Positions 16,741 to 25,478 of a stretch of DNA of 26,209 nucleotides are shown in pieces. The translations under genes and the position numbers were made by a program. This stretch comes from a virus (Duplodnaviria; Caudoviricetes): the IMG/VR virus record IMGVR_UViG_3300048576_000562, positions 1-26,209 of that record; one strand, written 5' to 3'. How positions within the stretch are numbered: position 1 is the stretch's first letter; each line of letters starts with the position of its first letter. The notes beneath the pieces were generated by a model. It was not told the origin of the DNA and did no database searches. It saw nothing but the letters and a program-made list of their open reading frames with translations.

Positions 16741-17703
16741 ATGCAAACACCTGTTTTTAAAATCGAATACGAAAATAAAGATATCACAGCAAGCATTGCA
16801 CCGAATGTTTTGTCTGTAACCTATACCGATTTTGAACACGGGCAAAGCGATGAGGTTGAAATTCAACTGGAAGATAAAGACCATCTCTGGAAATCAAGCT
16901 GGTATCCAACTAAAGGTGACAGTATAAAACTGAATTTAGGCTATGCGGGTGAGAAACTCCTTAACTGCGGAAGCTTTGAAGTTGACGAGATGGAATTTAC
17001 CGCTCCGCCCGACACTGTAACCCTCAAAGCACTTGCCGCAAATATAAAAAAAGCCCTGCGACAGAATAATTCGGTTGCTTATGAAAACAAAACACTCCTG
17101 CAAATCGCTCAGGAAATTGCAAACAAGCATAACTTAAAACTTGTCGGCAAGGTTAAGGATATAAAAATTAAACGTATTACTCAAAACAATAAGCGTGACC
17201 TGGAGTTTCTTAAAATACTGGCTGAAGAATACGGCTACATCTTCAAAGTTTCTGACAATAAACTTACATTTTATGGAATCAAAAAGTTAAAAGATCAGCC
17301 TCATAATCTCTCTATTTCACGGCAGGATATTATCTCGTACACACTCAGGGATAAAACCCATGACCAGTATAATTCCTGCCGTGTTGTTTATCTTGACCCA
17401 AAAAAGAAAGATACGGTTTCTGCAAGCATAAACGGAACTTCAACAAAAGCAGATGTATTAAAACTTCATAAACGCTGTGAAAACAAAGAACAAGCAATCT
17501 TAAAAGCAACTGCTGCCCTGAATAAAAACTCTGAACTTGAAGGAAATATAACAGTAACCGGAAATCCACACATCGTTGCAGGGTTAAATATCAAGTTAAA
17601 TGGTCTTTTTAAGTTAAACGGAAAATATCACATCAAATCGGCAAAGCACACAATAGACAAAAGTTCAGCTTATAGAACGGAAATTGAGGTAGAAAAATGT
17701 TGA
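16741..17703 (+). CDS. P2 gpD / Mu P-like baseplate hub protein
   Basis: YENKDIT, YTD..HGQSDEVEIQLED, CGSFEVDE, Q....DLEFL..LAEEYG and G.YHIKSAKH. Confidence 0.9.
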   Translation: MQTPVFKIEYENKDITASIAPNVLSVTYTDFEHGQSDEVEIQLEDKDHLWKSSWYPTKGDSIKLNLGYAGEKLLNCGSFEVDEMEFTAPPDTVTLKALAANIKKALRQNNSVAYENKTLLQIAQEIANKHNLKLVGKVKDIKIKRITQNNKRDLEFLKILAEEYGYIFKVSDNKLTFYGIKKLKDQPHNLSISRQDIISYTLRDKTHDQYNSCRVVYLDPKKKDTVSASINGTSTKADVLKLHKRCENKEQAILKATAALNKNSELEGNITVTGNPHIVAGLNIKLNGLFKLNGKYHIKSAKHTIDKSSAYRTEIEVEKC

Positions 17704-18206
17704 GATTTGGAATCGTTACAAACATTGATGAACTAAAAGCGGCTGCAAGAGTGCAGTTTCAAGACAGTGACGGAATGGTTTCCTATTGGCTCTCTGTCCT
17801 TCAGTCAAAAACATACAGGGACAAATTTTATGTCCTACCTGACATCGGCGAGCAGGTTGTCTGCCTTATGGATGAAAACATCGAAGAAGGCGTGATTCTT
17901 GGTGCAATTTATTCAGGGATGGATGAATGCCCCGTTATTTCAAAAGATAAAGTGTCTGTGAAATTCCAAGACGGGGCAGAGTTTGAATATGACAGGAAGG
18001 AACATGTTTTAAGGCTTCTCTGTGAAACCATTGATATTAATGCGCTTATCAACCACACGGGATTACTGCTAAATTCGGCAGGTTTAGTCTCTGAAGGCGA
18101 AGTAATTGACCACACAGGAAGCATGCAAGCGATGAGGGATGTCTATAACGGTCATACGCACAACGAAACAGACAGCGTTACAAATCCTCCAAACCAACAG
18201 CAATAG
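17697..18206 (+). CDS. Baseplate spike protein (P2 gpV-like)
   Basis: N-terminal OB-fold LPDIGEQVVCL...EEGVILGAIYS; C-terminal HxH metal-binding motif (YNGHTH). Confidence 0.92.
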   Translation: MLRFGIVTNIDELKAAARVQFQDSDGMVSYWLSVLQSKTYRDKFYVLPDIGEQVVCLMDENIEEGVILGAIYSGMDECPVISKDKVSVKFQDGAEFEYDRKEHVLRLLCETIDINALINHTGLLLNSAGLVSEGEVIDHTGSMQAMRDVYNGHTHNETDSVTNPPNQQQ

Positions 18207-18214
18207 GAGCAAAA

Positions 18215-18574
18215 ATGGCTAACTTGCAGGACATAAAATCAGTTGACTGGCAGCCAAAACTTAATGAAATAGGCTCTGTTGTCGAGGACTTAGACGATAT
18301 TGACCAGTGCATCAGGATTATCCTGATGACAAGAAAAGGCTCAGACCCTCATCGTCCTGAATTTGGTTCTGACATCTGGCAATATATTGATGCTCCTGTT
18401 AATATCGCCATCCCAAACATAATCAGGGAGGCAATGGATGCAATAAACCTCTGGGAAACAAGGGTGCAGATTAATGCTATTACTGCACAAATTGATGATT
18501 CAAATATTATTCTGAGCATAGATAGGCAAGTTAAAAGCACCAATACAAGCGGAGTTCTGGAGGTTATGGTATGA
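18215..18574 (+). CDS. Baseplate wedge protein (P2 gpW / T4 gp25-like)
   Basis: DIDQCIRIIL.TRKGSDPHRPEFGS, YIDAP and AINLWETRV. Confidence 0.92.
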   Translation: MANLQDIKSVDWQPKLNEIGSVVEDLDDIDQCIRIILMTRKGSDPHRPEFGSDIWQYIDAPVNIAIPNIIREAMDAINLWETRVQINAITAQIDDSNIILSIDRQVKSTNTSGVLEVMV

Positions 18575-19677
18575 GTCTTCCTGAACCTAATTTTATTTCA
18601 TGTGATGCAAATGTTATTACGCAAGAGTGGATTACTTTGTATGAACAAAAAACTGGTAAAACTCTCCAGCCTGCCCAGATTGAAAGAATACTTATTGATG
18701 TAGGAGTTTACAGAGAAAACCTTCTGCGCATAGGAATTCAGGAAGCTGCAAAGCAAAACCTTGTTAATTTTGCAACTTATCCGATGCTCGATTATCTTGG
18801 AGAACTTGTCGGGGTTTGTAGAATAGCTGCAAAAGCATCCAAAACAACTATTAAATTTAATCTTGCAGAAGTCCAGACATTTAATATTTCAATCCCTGCA
18901 AGCACGCAGATAGAATCCAAAGACGGAAAGGTAATATTTAAAACACTTAAAGATACTCTCATTGCTGTAAATCAGCTATTTATAGAGATTGAAAGTGAAG
19001 CAGAATCAGAAGGAATAATCGGTAACGGCTATCTTGCAGGGGAAATTAAAAACCTCATAACTCCTCTTCCATACATAGAATCAGCAGAAAACACAACAAC
19101 TTCTTCAGGCGGAGCGGATATTGAAGATGATGATTCTTTGCGTGAGCGTATAAAGCAGGCTCCTGAGAAATTTTCTAACGCAGGGAGCAAGGGTGCATAC
19201 AAATATTGGACTGCTACAGCACATCAGGACATTATTGACGTTGCCGTTTTGAATCCGACAGCAGGAGTTGTAAAAGTTTATCCCTTAACAAAATTAGGAA
19301 ACCCAACAACAGAAATACTTTCCCTCGTTGAAGATATTTTAACAGACGAAGAAATCCGCCCACTTACGGATCAAGTAATTGTTGAACCACCAGAAAAGAT
19401 TGATTTTGCAATACAGGGGAGCGTTACTCTTTATAACTTCGCTGATGCTGACAGCGTTACAAACGAAATTAACTCTAAGCTGGAGACATATATAGCAAGT
19501 TTAAAGTCAAAACTCGGCAAGGACGTAGTCCCAACACAAATTATTGCTCTTTTAAACAGTATTTACGGAGTTTACAAAGTCGATTTAACCTCTCCGCTTT
19601 TTACAGAAATAGATGAGTACCAATGGGCAAACTGTACAGGTTACAACATAAGCATTGAAGGTTACACAAATGGCTGA
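18571..19677 (+). CDS. Baseplate J-like protein (P2 gpJ / Mu gp47)
   Basis: L.PAQIER, LDYLGELVG..R, GGAD.EDDDSLRERI..APEKFS.AGS.GAY.YW and IRPLTDQV. Confidence 0.93.
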   Translation: MSLPEPNFISCDANVITQEWITLYEQKTGKTLQPAQIERILIDVGVYRENLLRIGIQEAAKQNLVNFATYPMLDYLGELVGVCRIAAKASKTTIKFNLAEVQTFNISIPASTQIESKDGKVIFKTLKDTLIAVNQLFIEIESEAESEGIIGNGYLAGEIKNLITPLPYIESAENTTTSSGGADIEDDDSLRERIKQAPEKFSNAGSKGAYKYWTATAHQDIIDVAVLNPTAGVVKVYPLTKLGNPTTEILSLVEDILTDEEIRPLTDQVIVEPPEKIDFAIQGSVTLYNFADADSVTNEINSKLETYIASLKSKLGKDVVPTQIIALLNSIYGVYKVDLTSPLFTEIDEYQWANCTGYNISIEGYTNG

Positions 19678-20203
19678 TACAAGGTTAATTCCTATAAAAG
19701 ATGAATCAAGTCTGGCTTTTAACGAGCTGTTTGACAGGCTCGGAACTCTTGATTTAACTCCCATCATTATCTACTTGATTGATAATGTTGAACCTTCAGC
19801 TTTGCCGCATCTTGCAGAGCAATTCCATATTACAGGCAACGAAGGCTGGCTATTTGCAGGAAGCAAACTCGAACAAAGGCAATTAATAAAAGAGTCGATA
19901 AAAATTCACAGAATAAAGGGGACTAAAGCCGCTGTAAAAAATGTCCTTAAGGCATTGAACCTTGAAGGAAATATTCAGGAGTGGTTCGAATACGAAGGTG
20001 AGCCGTATCATTTCAGGATATTTGTCGTGTTAAAAGATAGGGCTTATGACTCCGGGACTTTTGACCTGCTTAAAAAAATGATTGATGAATACAAAAATGT
20101 CCGCAGTGTCTTAGAAGAAATCAATATTGAATCCGAATTTACCTGCAAACCTAATTGGCTGACTTATCTTGATGCGGAAAACGAGGTAATGATTAATGGC
20201 TGA
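19670..20203 (+). CDS. P2 gpI-like baseplate/tail protein
   Basis: LPHLAEQFH, R.LIKESI.IHR.KGT..AV, EWFEY.GEPYHF and YKNVRS.L. Start set at ATG 19670 (MADTRL). Confidence 0.9.
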   Translation: MADTRLIPIKDESSLAFNELFDRLGTLDLTPIIIYLIDNVEPSALPHLAEQFHITGNEGWLFAGSKLEQRQLIKESIKIHRIKGTKAAVKNVLKALNLEGNIQEWFEYEGEPYHFRIFVVLKDRAYDSGTFDLLKKMIDEYKNVRSVLEEINIESEFTCKPNWLTYLDAENEVMING

Positions 20204-22586
20204 AACTTTTTTAAATATTCTGACTATAATCGGTCAGCAGAAAAAAGCAGCAGCAGAAGCAGGCGGAGCTGCTGTTAATATTACCCATTTCAAAGTCGGC
20301 GACAGCAATGGTACATATTATACTCCCCTTGAAACACAGACGGACTTGGTTCACACGACATATACAGGAAGTTTTATAGATAATTCAGGCAGTCAAATTA
20401 TTGTAAACCCTTCTGCATTAAACGAAGTTCTGTATAAATGCTATATTCCTGCAAATATCGGCGGTTTTACCGTAAGAGAACTTGGGCTTTTTGATGCGGA
20501 AAATAACTTAATATTAATCTGCAAACTTCCGGCTCAAGATAAATTCGCTCTAGATTCAGGACTTTACCAGCCCCTGACTTTTACTCCGAAAATTATATAC
20601 ACTAACCCTGCAACGCAGGCAATTCTATCCCCCTCCAGCCAGATTATTGCCACTCAAACATATGTTACAGAGCAAATTCAAAACATTACTCAGTTGTTTG
20701 ATAACGTTTCAGAGCAGGTTGAGGAAGGAATGCAGGAGCATATTAACGACCCTGATGCACACACTCCGCTTTTTGCAGCCAAATCAAATGTCGGGCACGA
20801 CCACGATGAACGATATTATACAGAAACAGAGATTGATGACATTATTAACAGACTGTTCCCTAATTATGCTAAGCCTTTGGCAATTCTGAGTGGAAATACT
20901 GATGTGACAACAGGACTTCCGAATATTATCAGCAAAATTTCCGATACAGAAGTTTCATTTTTAATTGGCGGAATATATAATCCGCTGGTTATTACAGGAA
21001 AAGACGGCAAAAAATACATAATAACCTCCATTCTAAATGTAACTTTGCCAACAGCTCAGGGAACTTACATTTTTATTATAGATTTTACGAATATGAGCCT
21101 GCTTCAGGATGGAACATATGCCGCAATAGCAACAGCCGTTAAAATGGCTTATTCAGCAAATGAAGCATCACCAACTAAGACATCAAATATTGGTCAGGAA
21201 TTTGATTGCTGGATAGAAGATTTTTACCCTACTCATCAAATTATAAATGCCCCGAATGCTTATCAGCTCATGGACAGAAATACAAGCACCTCTGTCACTT
21301 TTGCTGAAGGAGACCAATCAGGCTCATGGGCTTTTATAGTTAAATCAAATATAGGTGCAGTTGCTATAAATAAAGTTCAAGTAGAAGGTCCCGGCAATTT
21401 TGGGCTTGGAGGTAACTCAATAGTTAGTATTTACGGTTCTAACAACGGTACAACATGGACTTCATTAACATCAGTACCTTCTAACGGCATAACAGAAATT
21501 TCTAATACAACACCATATTTATATTATCGCTTTCATCCCAATATCAATTTAGTCGGAGGATACAGCCAATATAGCACTTGGTTGAATAATATTAATTTTT
21601 GGTATCCGGTCAGCTACAGCGGCGGCAAAATTTCTGAAGGTTACACCTACCCAGAAGCTACTTTGTCATACACTTCAGTAATTCCAACAATGACATCAAA
21701 TAATTCCGGCGGATTTGTAGCTTCCGGCAGTTCAATTTACGGGGGAGATTATTATAAACCGTTTGATGGCATAACAGGAGATGCTTATCCGCTTTTTGTT
21801 TACGGTTCTCATGATTATGTTCTCGACCTGCAATTTGACTCCGCAAAAGACAATATTGCAGCTTATGACATTAAACACTGGGATAACTACGTTGTAGGCT
21901 GGAGATTGCAGCTTTTTTACGGCGGAGCTTGGCATATTGTTGATGAACAAACTGGTAAGAATATAACAACAACGACAAGATTTTATTTTTCATCAACTTA
22001 TTCAGGTGTTACAAAATTAAGGTTCAGTACTGTAGAGCCTCGACCCGGCGGTGCATTTGGATTGGACTTATTGCAGCTTTATCAAACCGTTTCTTCTTTT
22101 CCTCAAGACGGTGATTTTCATACTTTGATAAATAAAATTCCATATGACCCAAAGAAAAAAATTAGTGGAAACTGGCTTAACAGAGAATATGTAAAAATCG
22201 GTGAAGGTAATAAAGCCGCAAATGGAACACTTGGAATTCCTCGCAGTTACGCTTTCAACAGGAAAACTTATAAAAAAATATCCTGCCCATCCCCGAATAC
22301 AATCACTGACATAACTCACGATCTAGGAACTACGGATATAAAGATAACGGCGTATTTGGTAAATAAAAACTCAGAAGTAGGCTACAGCCCAAAACAAAAA
22401 GCAAACTTTATGACACTAAGTAGTGCACTCCCAATAAACGGCTTTATTATCAAAGATAACAACACTTTAACTTATGTTAGTGGCAACCAAAATCCTGTCG
22501 TCCAACAAAACGGCAGTCCATATTATTACTCACAGGTTACACCTGCAAACTGGGACATGGAAATAACTGTGGAGGCTAACTGGTAA
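20196..22586 (+). CDS. Tail fibre / receptor-binding protein (P2 gpH-like N-terminus)
   Basis: N-terminal LT..G..K.A, ITHFKVGD.NG and IPANIGGFTVRELGLFD; H..DPDAH and GHDHDERYYTE motifs; beta-rich C-terminal domains. Confidence 0.88.
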   Translation: MAETFLNILTIIGQQKKAAAEAGGAAVNITHFKVGDSNGTYYTPLETQTDLVHTTYTGSFIDNSGSQIIVNPSALNEVLYKCYIPANIGGFTVRELGLFDAENNLILICKLPAQDKFALDSGLYQPLTFTPKIIYTNPATQAILSPSSQIIATQTYVTEQIQNITQLFDNVSEQVEEGMQEHINDPDAHTPLFAAKSNVGHDHDERYYTETEIDDIINRLFPNYAKPLAILSGNTDVTTGLPNIISKISDTEVSFLIGGIYNPLVITGKDGKKYIITSILNVTLPTAQGTYIFIIDFTNMSLLQDGTYAAIATAVKMAYSANEASPTKTSNIGQEFDCWIEDFYPTHQIINAPNAYQLMDRNTSTSVTFAEGDQSGSWAFIVKSNIGAVAINKVQVEGPGNFGLGGNSIVSIYGSNNGTTWTSLTSVPSNGITEISNTTPYLYYRFHPNINLVGGYSQYSTWLNNINFWYPVSYSGGKISEGYTYPEATLSYTSVIPTMTSNNSGGFVASGSSIYGGDYYKPFDGITGDAYPLFVYGSHDYVLDLQFDSAKDNIAAYDIKHWDNYVVGWRLQLFYGGAWHIVDEQTGKNITTTTRFYFSSTYSGVTKLRFSTVEPRPGGAFGLDLLQLYQTVSSFPQDGDFHTLINKIPYDPKKKISGNWLNREYVKIGEGNKAANGTLGIPRSYAFNRKTYKKISCPSPNTITDITHDLGTTDIKITAYLVNKNSEVGYSPKQKANFMTLSSALPINGFIIKDNNTLTYVSGNQNPVVQQNGSPYYYSQVTPANWDMEITVEANW

Positions 22587-23155
22587 TGAGATTTTTGAAC
22601 AAAATATCAGGTGAAGAAAAATTTATCGAAATTCTTGAAAATTCAACAGAAAAACAGATTGAAGAACTTCTTGCATATCAATATCTTGAACCTGACGAGT
22701 GGGTGCAAATTCCAGATGATAATAATCCATACAAACCAACGGAAACAGAACCATTTTATGAACATGATACAGAAAAAATGATTGAAGGCATAAAACTTTC
22801 TCTTTTAACAACCATAGAGATACTCAGAAAAACACCATTTCCAGTAACCATAACAGATATTAATAACACAGGAGGAAGCTATTACCTGAATCTCGAAGAT
22901 TCTACCATCTTAAAACTTTTGATACTTGTTAAAAAAGCAGAAATAGTCGGGCAGGCTTCAGAAGAATTTATCAATACAGAAACTCAAATCCCTGAATATT
23001 TAACTCTCTCTCTTCTGGCAATACAGGGAGTGCAGGCTATGGTTATTCAAAAAGATGATTTTCTCAGGCTAAAAGCAAATCAGGTTAAGACAGCACAAGC
23101 TTTAGAATCCCTCCAAACCATAGAACAGGAGTTAATAACATATGGCAACAGTTAA
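22586..23155 (+). CDS. Hypothetical protein, possible tail-fibre assembly chaperone
   Basis: TAATG coupling to the fibre gene; position and helical C-terminus (NQV..AQ.LE.L..I) resemble fibre-associated proteins; function inferred from position only. Confidence 0.55.
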   Translation: MRFLNKISGEEKFIEILENSTEKQIEELLAYQYLEPDEWVQIPDDNNPYKPTETEPFYEHDTEKMIEGIKLSLLTTIEILRKTPFPVTITDINNTGGSYYLNLEDSTILKLLILVKKAEIVGQASEEFINTETQIPEYLTLSLLAIQGVQAMVIQKDDFLRLKANQVKTAQALESLQTIEQELITYGNS

Positions 23156-23729
23156 TGAACTAAGAACAGGCGATATGATAGCCTTCAAAAAAGGTAAAGA
23201 CTTTGCAGCGGCGATTGTGCATATTTTTACAAAGTCTGATGTTCATCACGTTGGAGTAATAGTCAAACTTTACAATAAAATAGGAACTGATTTCCCTTTT
23301 GTAATCGAAGCAAACCCTGACGATGTTGAATACAGCTTCCTGCCTCAAAAAATCAAAACCCGAAATGACGAAATATTTATCTATCGATTAACAGACGAAA
23401 ATCACAAAAAACTTAATGAAAATCTTGATGCTTTCTACGGCTTTATGAACAATCAGATCGGCAAAAGTTATGATTATCCGCAAGCGATAGAAACAGTTTT
23501 TGACACAACAATTACTAAAGACTCTTATGATACTTTCTTTTGTTCAAAATTAGTCGGAGCAATCTATTTGCATGCTGGAATAATTACACCAGAAATGCTT
23601 AAAAAACAAGGATTCAAATGCGTATCAGAACTTACTCCTGCTGATTGCTGCAAATTACCTATATTTAAAGACAGCTTTAAGCTTACAAAGCCGGAACCGG
23701 AGCCAATAAATAAACGTGTCCGAATGTAA
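23142..23729 (+). CDS. Permuted papain-like NlpC/P60 (YiiX/YebB/YaeF-like) cysteine amidase/hydrolase
   Basis: LRTGDMIAF, His in VHHVGVI, IEA, GKSYDY, Cys in FFCSKLV...Y..AG and TPAD: the His-before-Cys permuted order. Confidence 0.82.
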   Translation: MATVNELRTGDMIAFKKGKDFAAAIVHIFTKSDVHHVGVIVKLYNKIGTDFPFVIEANPDDVEYSFLPQKIKTRNDEIFIYRLTDENHKKLNENLDAFYGFMNNQIGKSYDYPQAIETVFDTTITKDSYDTFFCSKLVGAIYLHAGIITPEMLKKQGFKCVSELTPADCCKLPIFKDSFKLTKPEPEPINKRVRM

Positions 23730-23751
23730 AACTATTCCTGCTTATGCGACA

Positions 23752-23790
23752 CATTTTTCTAAATGCACGCTAATGTGTGATTGTTAGCAA
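23752..23790 (+). promoter_or_regulatory. Repeated 39-bp promoter-like motif, copy 1
   Basis: CATTTTTCTAAATGCACGCTAATGTGTGATTGTTAGCAA just upstream of the RBS of 23809; 26/39 identical to copy 2. Confidence 0.6.
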
Positions 23791-23808
23791 ATTATAGGAG
23801 AAACAAAT

Positions 23809-24672
23809 ATGACAAAAACACAAACAGAAACTGCATTTAAGAGCAGGAAAGACTTTAGAACATTCGTGGCAGAAGCAGGAAAAGAAAAACTGGAAGAAGT
23901 TATCGGCTCAAATATTCATGTTTTATCTTTCTCAGAAGAGTCAACAGAAGAAAAGCCCGATATACTCGCTGTGATGAACACACATGAAAAGACTGTAATT
24001 GAATGTGAGGTTAAGCAAAACATCAAAACCCTTGCCAGTCTCCTAAAACACGCTTCCGCTTACAATGCAAAAAACATCTTATGGCTTGTAAATCAGGAAT
24101 CACAGGAGGTTATGGAAACTGCAAAATGGCTCGGTAGCAATATAGCAGTTAATTTCTATGTAATTAAATGCAATTATGAAACAGAAGAAGCCAATTTCAA
24201 AGCCCTGTTAATTCCATCAGCAAATGCATACCAAAAACCTAAAGCTAAAGTTACTGATACAAAAGCAAAACAGGAAGAATTTTGGCAGGAATTTTTAAAA
24301 TACAGCGAATCAAACAACTCCAACATTAAAATATCAAGTCCTGCACCGCAACACTGGCAGTATATTTCTATAGGAATATCAGGGGTTTCAATCCAGCTAA
24401 CCATCAACACCTCAAAAAACAACCTCGGATGCGAACTCCTGATTGCTAACGATAAAGACCTATTTAACAGGCTGGAAGAGCAAAAGAAAACAATAGAAAA
24501 ACAGCTTGGCAAACTCGACTGGCAGGCACTTGAAGGAAAGAAATCTTCAAGAATCAGAGCAACGCTGGACTTTAACCTTGATGACAAAAATTTTGAACAG
24601 GGCATTATCTGGATGATAGACACTGCCAACAAGTTCAAAGATGTATTTACAAAACAGATAACTGAAAAATAG
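23809..24672 (+). CDS. DUF4268-domain protein with a degenerate N-terminal PD-(D/E)XK/NucS-like domain
   Basis: C-terminal QEEFWQEF, P.PQHW..ISIG.SG, LF..L...K..IE..LG..L.W and KKSSRI fit DUF4268; N-terminal PDILA...VIECEV, NAKNILW and WL. Confidence 0.75.
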   Translation: MTKTQTETAFKSRKDFRTFVAEAGKEKLEEVIGSNIHVLSFSEESTEEKPDILAVMNTHEKTVIECEVKQNIKTLASLLKHASAYNAKNILWLVNQESQEVMETAKWLGSNIAVNFYVIKCNYETEEANFKALLIPSANAYQKPKAKVTDTKAKQEEFWQEFLKYSESNNSNIKISSPAPQHWQYISIGISGVSIQLTINTSKNNLGCELLIANDKDLFNRLEEQKKTIEKQLGKLDWQALEGKKSSRIRATLDFNLDDKNFEQGIIWMIDTANKFKDVFTKQITEK

Positions 24673-24699
24673 AAAGGAGGTCATAAAAACTAAAAACAA

Positions 24700-24732
24700 A
24701 GAACTGCCGATAAGCTCGGTAGTTCTCTTTCT
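24700..24732 (+). terminator. Intrinsic terminator after the DUF4268 gene
   Basis: AGAACTGCCGA-TAAGC-TCGGTAGTTCT stem followed by CTTTCT. Confidence 0.6.
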
Positions 24733-24780
24733 CCAAAATATATTGTGTTGTTATGTTTCACTAATGCACACAAACACTTC

Positions 24781-24819
24781 CATTTCCTGCAATGAACGGT
24801 ATTCTGTGAATGTAGACAA
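24781..24819 (+). promoter_or_regulatory. Repeated 39-bp promoter-like motif, copy 2
   Basis: CATTTCCTGCAATGAACGGTATTCTGTGAATGTAGACAA upstream of the RBS of 24835; TTCCAT-N16-TATTCT. Confidence 0.6.
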
Positions 24820-24834
24820 TTAAAGGAGTCCAAG

Positions 24835-25059
24835 ATGATTAAAGTTACTATGTGTACAGTTCCTGAATTAAGGGAAGTTGATGTAAATCCACAGGATGTA
24901 GAAATTAGAAACGGCAAATACTATGTAAACGGAGTCCAACACTCTATAACAGTAAACGGAGCCGAATTATTACAGATTTTTTACCTCGGCGCACAGTTAG
25001 CCCTCGACAAAAAAATCACTAAAAACCATATAAAAGAAGCACAGGCAATCAGGGTATAA
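24835..25059 (+). CDS. Hypothetical protein (74 aa)
   Basis: RBS AAGGAG, downstream of promoter motif copy 2; no recognised family. Confidence 0.7.
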   Translation: MIKVTMCTVPELREVDVNPQDVEIRNGKYYVNGVQHSITVNGAELLQIFYLGAQLALDKKITKNHIKEAQAIRV

Positions 25060-25070
25060 GGAGAATCCAA

Positions 25071-25409
25071 ATGACACAGAAAACCAAACAACCGCAGGAT
25101 ATTATAGAAAAAATCTGCTACTTATCAAGCAACCAGTCAATTTCCTACCGTGAAATTTACAAGGCACAGGATAAAAAAATCAAAATTATCATTAAATCCG
25201 ATTCTTACCACTGCCAATGCTTCGCCAGAGCTTATGTCCTCCGCAACGATGAGTGGATAGAGCTATACTCGATTCCTTACAGCCTTATGACAACACCCGA
25301 AGGCTTGGCATATAAAGAAAATTATAAAACCAGACCCGCTGTGGCAGAAGGAAATTTCAGGGGCGACATCCAGCAACTCAAGTATTACATCGAGCAAATA
25401 CTTTTTTAA
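25071..25409 (+). CDS. Hypothetical protein (112 aa)
   Basis: RBS AAGGAG immediately after the upstream stop; followed by a terminator; no recognised family. Confidence 0.72.
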   Translation: MTQKTKQPQDIIEKICYLSSNQSISYREIYKAQDKKIKIIIKSDSYHCQCFARAYVLRNDEWIELYSIPYSLMTTPEGLAYKENYKTRPAVAEGNFRGDIQQLKYYIEQILF

Positions 25410-25447
25410 CCCTCTCTGCAAGGATTGCCAATGTGTCGAACTGATAC

Positions 25448-25473
25448 GAAAAGTCGGAATATTCCGGCTTTTC
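25448..25473. terminator. Intrinsic terminator-like hairpin (potentially bidirectional)
   Basis: GAAAAGTCGGAAT/ATTCCGGCTTTTC inverted repeat with A and T tracts on the flanks. Confidence 0.65.
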
Positions 25474-25478
25474 TCTTC

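Larger units (their letters stand above)
70..23729. mobile_element. Mu-like/P2-like myovirus prophage (or phage-derived element) head-and-tail morphogenesis region; boundaries not visible
   Basis: Terminase, portal, Mu F/G, protease, capsid, gp36/gp37, sheath, tube, tape measure, baseplate and fibre genes, mostly translationally coupled. No att sites or Mu ends were identified. Confidence 0.93.

Noticed and set aside
22200-22586. Diversity-generating retroelement target at the fibre C-terminus, or a Gin/Cin-type invertible fibre segment
   Set aside because: No reverse transcriptase, template repeat, invertase or second inverted fibre gene was seen in the window; one could still lie outside it.
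10932-23155. Tailocin / R-pyocin / eCIS interpretation of the contractile tail cluster
   Set aside because: Intact terminase, portal, protease, capsid and head-tail connector genes are present, and there is no eCIS AAA+ ATPase or DUF4157 effector.
24673-24680. Perfect Shine-Dalgarno AAAGGAGG after the DUF4268 gene
   Set aside because: No ATG/GTG/TTG at usable spacing, and a terminator follows; at most a remnant of a deleted gene.
8766-24917. Short minus-strand and alternate-frame ORFs within the rightward operon and cassette (e.g. 9451, 10257, 14910, 15417, 16151, 20647, 24174, 24690)
   Set aside because: These are antisense or out-of-frame shadows of real genes; only 12861-13070 occupies free space and has its own RBS and promoter.
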